Source: Chlorokybus atmophyticus (lineage: Eukaryota > Plantae > Mesostigma and Chlorokybus algae). Taken from it: a stretch of DNA of 64,000 bases. The stretch covers positions 53,894 through 117,893 of the forward strand of contig RHPI01001921.1 in assembly GCA_009103225.1 (NCBI GenBank), given 5' to 3'. Made by a program: the position numbers and the translations under genes. Of the stretch, positions 61,997 through 64,000 are shown in pieces. The notes under the pieces were generated by a model. That model was not told where the DNA came from. It saw nothing but the letters and a program-made list of their open reading frames with translations, and made no database searches. How positions within the stretch are numbered: the stretch's first letter is position 1; the number at the start of each line of letters is the position of its first letter.

Positions 61997-64000
61997 TCAA
62001 CTATCAGCACCAGTGCTGCGCTTGCTAGGGCGCAACAAGTCTGTCAACTCTGCCACTGATAATGCTCGCGAGCCTTTACCATTGTGTAGCTGCTTTTGTT
62101 GTTGCTCTCGTTGCACATCCAGACTCCGAGCAGCATCGTCTTCTGAAATGGCCTCTGACGCTGCCATCTCCTTGATGGCTTTGTACAAGACATTGCGTTT
62201 CCCATATTGCTTGCGCATGCGCTCGTTGCCGCACCGCCAGGCAGATCCAAACTTTCGGTCCAACTCCTGCACTGCTGGGCCCCCATCGATGCCACGCACA
62301 TATTCTGTCCATACATCAACAACGGTAGCCATGTTTACTGCCATCTGGTACGGAGGAGGTGGTGGCGCATCCACAGGCTCATATGCAGTCGTGGTTGCTT
62401 GCGCGGCTGTGCACTGAGCGGCAGCATCAGGTACCTCAACCCTTGCAGGTGGCTCGTTCGCTCGCCTATAACGACGATGTCGCTTGCTTGGTCGTTGACC
62501 GCGGGGATGCACCTGCTGAGTGGTCGTCGACACTGACGGTAAAGTGATGTGTAGCCCAGCTGCAATTGTACGCAGATAGCCTTCGTGGACATGCATGCGA
62601 GCCTTGATCTGCTGCAACTCAGAGTCTTGACTCTGATTGCTCGCCTTCAGCTTATGCACTGACCTCTTCACTGACAGCACCGAGTCCTGTGTCGCCTTCA
62701 TAATTGCATGGTTGTCTTGCAAAATGACAGCGAGCTGTTTCACAAAACTGTGCATGTAAGAGGCTGTGCATGTAGTCTGTGTGTGAATGAACAGCTCTTA
62801 CAACTAGTGCTGAGTATGTGCAATGCTTGCATCTGTAGCAATACGTACCCGATCCGGCAGTTCGTCATACTGTGTATTAGCATCCACCATGGACTCATTA
62901 TGCGACGCCACCACTTCGTCCGCCCATTCATCAAATTCTGCATTTTGAAACAACTCGTGTTCACAAACAGAAAGTGTAGGGAAGCCATCAACTGTTTCGC
63001 CACGTAGTTGCATGTTTTCTTGTCGCATAATGGCGACATCCTGCAAGCAAGAAGACATGCATCAAAGCTTGCACAAGGCACAAGTTTCTGAACAACCATA
63101 AACATACCTGCCCTACAACATCGCGCAAGTAGTCAAGCAACTCTAAATGCTTAAATGCTGCAAAGTCCCGCTCTTGATCTCTGCCATGCAAACACCGCTG
63201 CAAGAGCCAAGTTCGTATATGAGGGACATGTACGCTGGCAGCCATAAACAACGACAATGCACTCGCTTAATCATAAGCGAGCAAGCAATACCTTTCGCAC
63301 ATCATTCAGTGCAGTCTCCAAGCCGGGAAAAATTTGAGTGCGGATGTTTTGTGGCAAGCGGAACCGCGAACGAGCCAAAACATGCTTGTTGGGGTGATTT
63401 GGATGTCCATGCCCTACAATGCAATTGTTATTAAATACATGCAAAATCATCAGACCATTACAGTGACTGTGCCGTTGTTACCTGCAATAATTGCGCATGT
63501 TGTGACGTCCAGCTGTGTGACGTAGGACAGGTTGAAATGGTCATTATTCCATCGGCCATTTTGCTTCACACCACTTTCTGTAGCCCTGCATTATAGTAAT
63601 GTCGATTTATGTGTACAATATCAAGCTGTCGATCAAGTAGACATGTCCACACCCTCAATCTACTTACCCAGCGTTCATTGCCTGCTGTGATGATTCTTTG
63701 CGCGACGCATGAACTTTAGACCTGCCCGTCACAATGCCGCATTCCCGGAACCCCTCGCATGCGTGGTTGTATTGTTGTCTGTAGGTCAGGTGCTGACCCT
63801 CTTTCTCACCAGGGAATAGAGGCTCTCCATACCTGTAACTCCGCATTCATAAGATGGGCACGCACTTGCACACTACCGCACGCACCGCACGCACCAGGTT
63901 GCCCGTGATGTGAAGTCCGGAAATGGTCGCTGCAGCATATGGTACTTGTGAAACCAATGGAATGCTAGCGCATTGTGCCAACATCCTATTGGACTCCAGT
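61997..64000 (-). mobile_element. Crypton (CryptonF-like) tyrosine-recombinase gene with NDC10_II-like region and GCR1_C domain; 5' part outside the window
   Basis: KVHASRK (HxxR); NGRWNNDHFNLSY (catalytic Tyr, ~63522-63524); RLPQNIRTQIFP; LLDYLRDVVGQD; C-terminal TVVDVWTEYVRGIDGGPAVQELDRKFGSAWR...YGKRNVLYKAI. Phase-compatible introns. Confidence 0.88.

Noticed and set aside
60275-62059. Long ORFs spanning the TA satellite and gap
   Set aside because: Low-complexity and N-run artefacts.

Overview
Eukaryotic nuclear DNA with short GT-AG introns, CA/GT-rich microsatellites and several N gaps. The element families and the plant-type iMet primer sites suggest a green alga (inference). The window is mostly nested transposons. 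It holds two inverted copies of a Ty1/copia family (one complete, 3807-8711, AACTG TSD, half-tRNA primer site) inside a repeat-flanked, spliced probable DNA-transposon gene, and a decayed Penelope-like (Naiad/Chlamys-type) RT. It also holds a PIF/Harbinger pair (Myb/SANT ORF plus decayed transposase) and two inverted chromodomain Ty3/gypsy copies (GTAGT and ATGCA TSDs) with a conserved -1 frameshift signal. A poorly classified DUF6729-type DDE transposase gene carries an array of eight frame-preserving micro-exons and faces a convergent Cys-rich ORF. A Crypton tyrosine recombinase-GCR1_C gene runs off the right end. Probable host genes are a large multi-exon helical-repeat gene, an intron-containing tRNA-like gene and an SGNH/PC-esterase-type membrane protein. 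Exon boundaries were read by eye, and family names come from motif recognition, not database searches.
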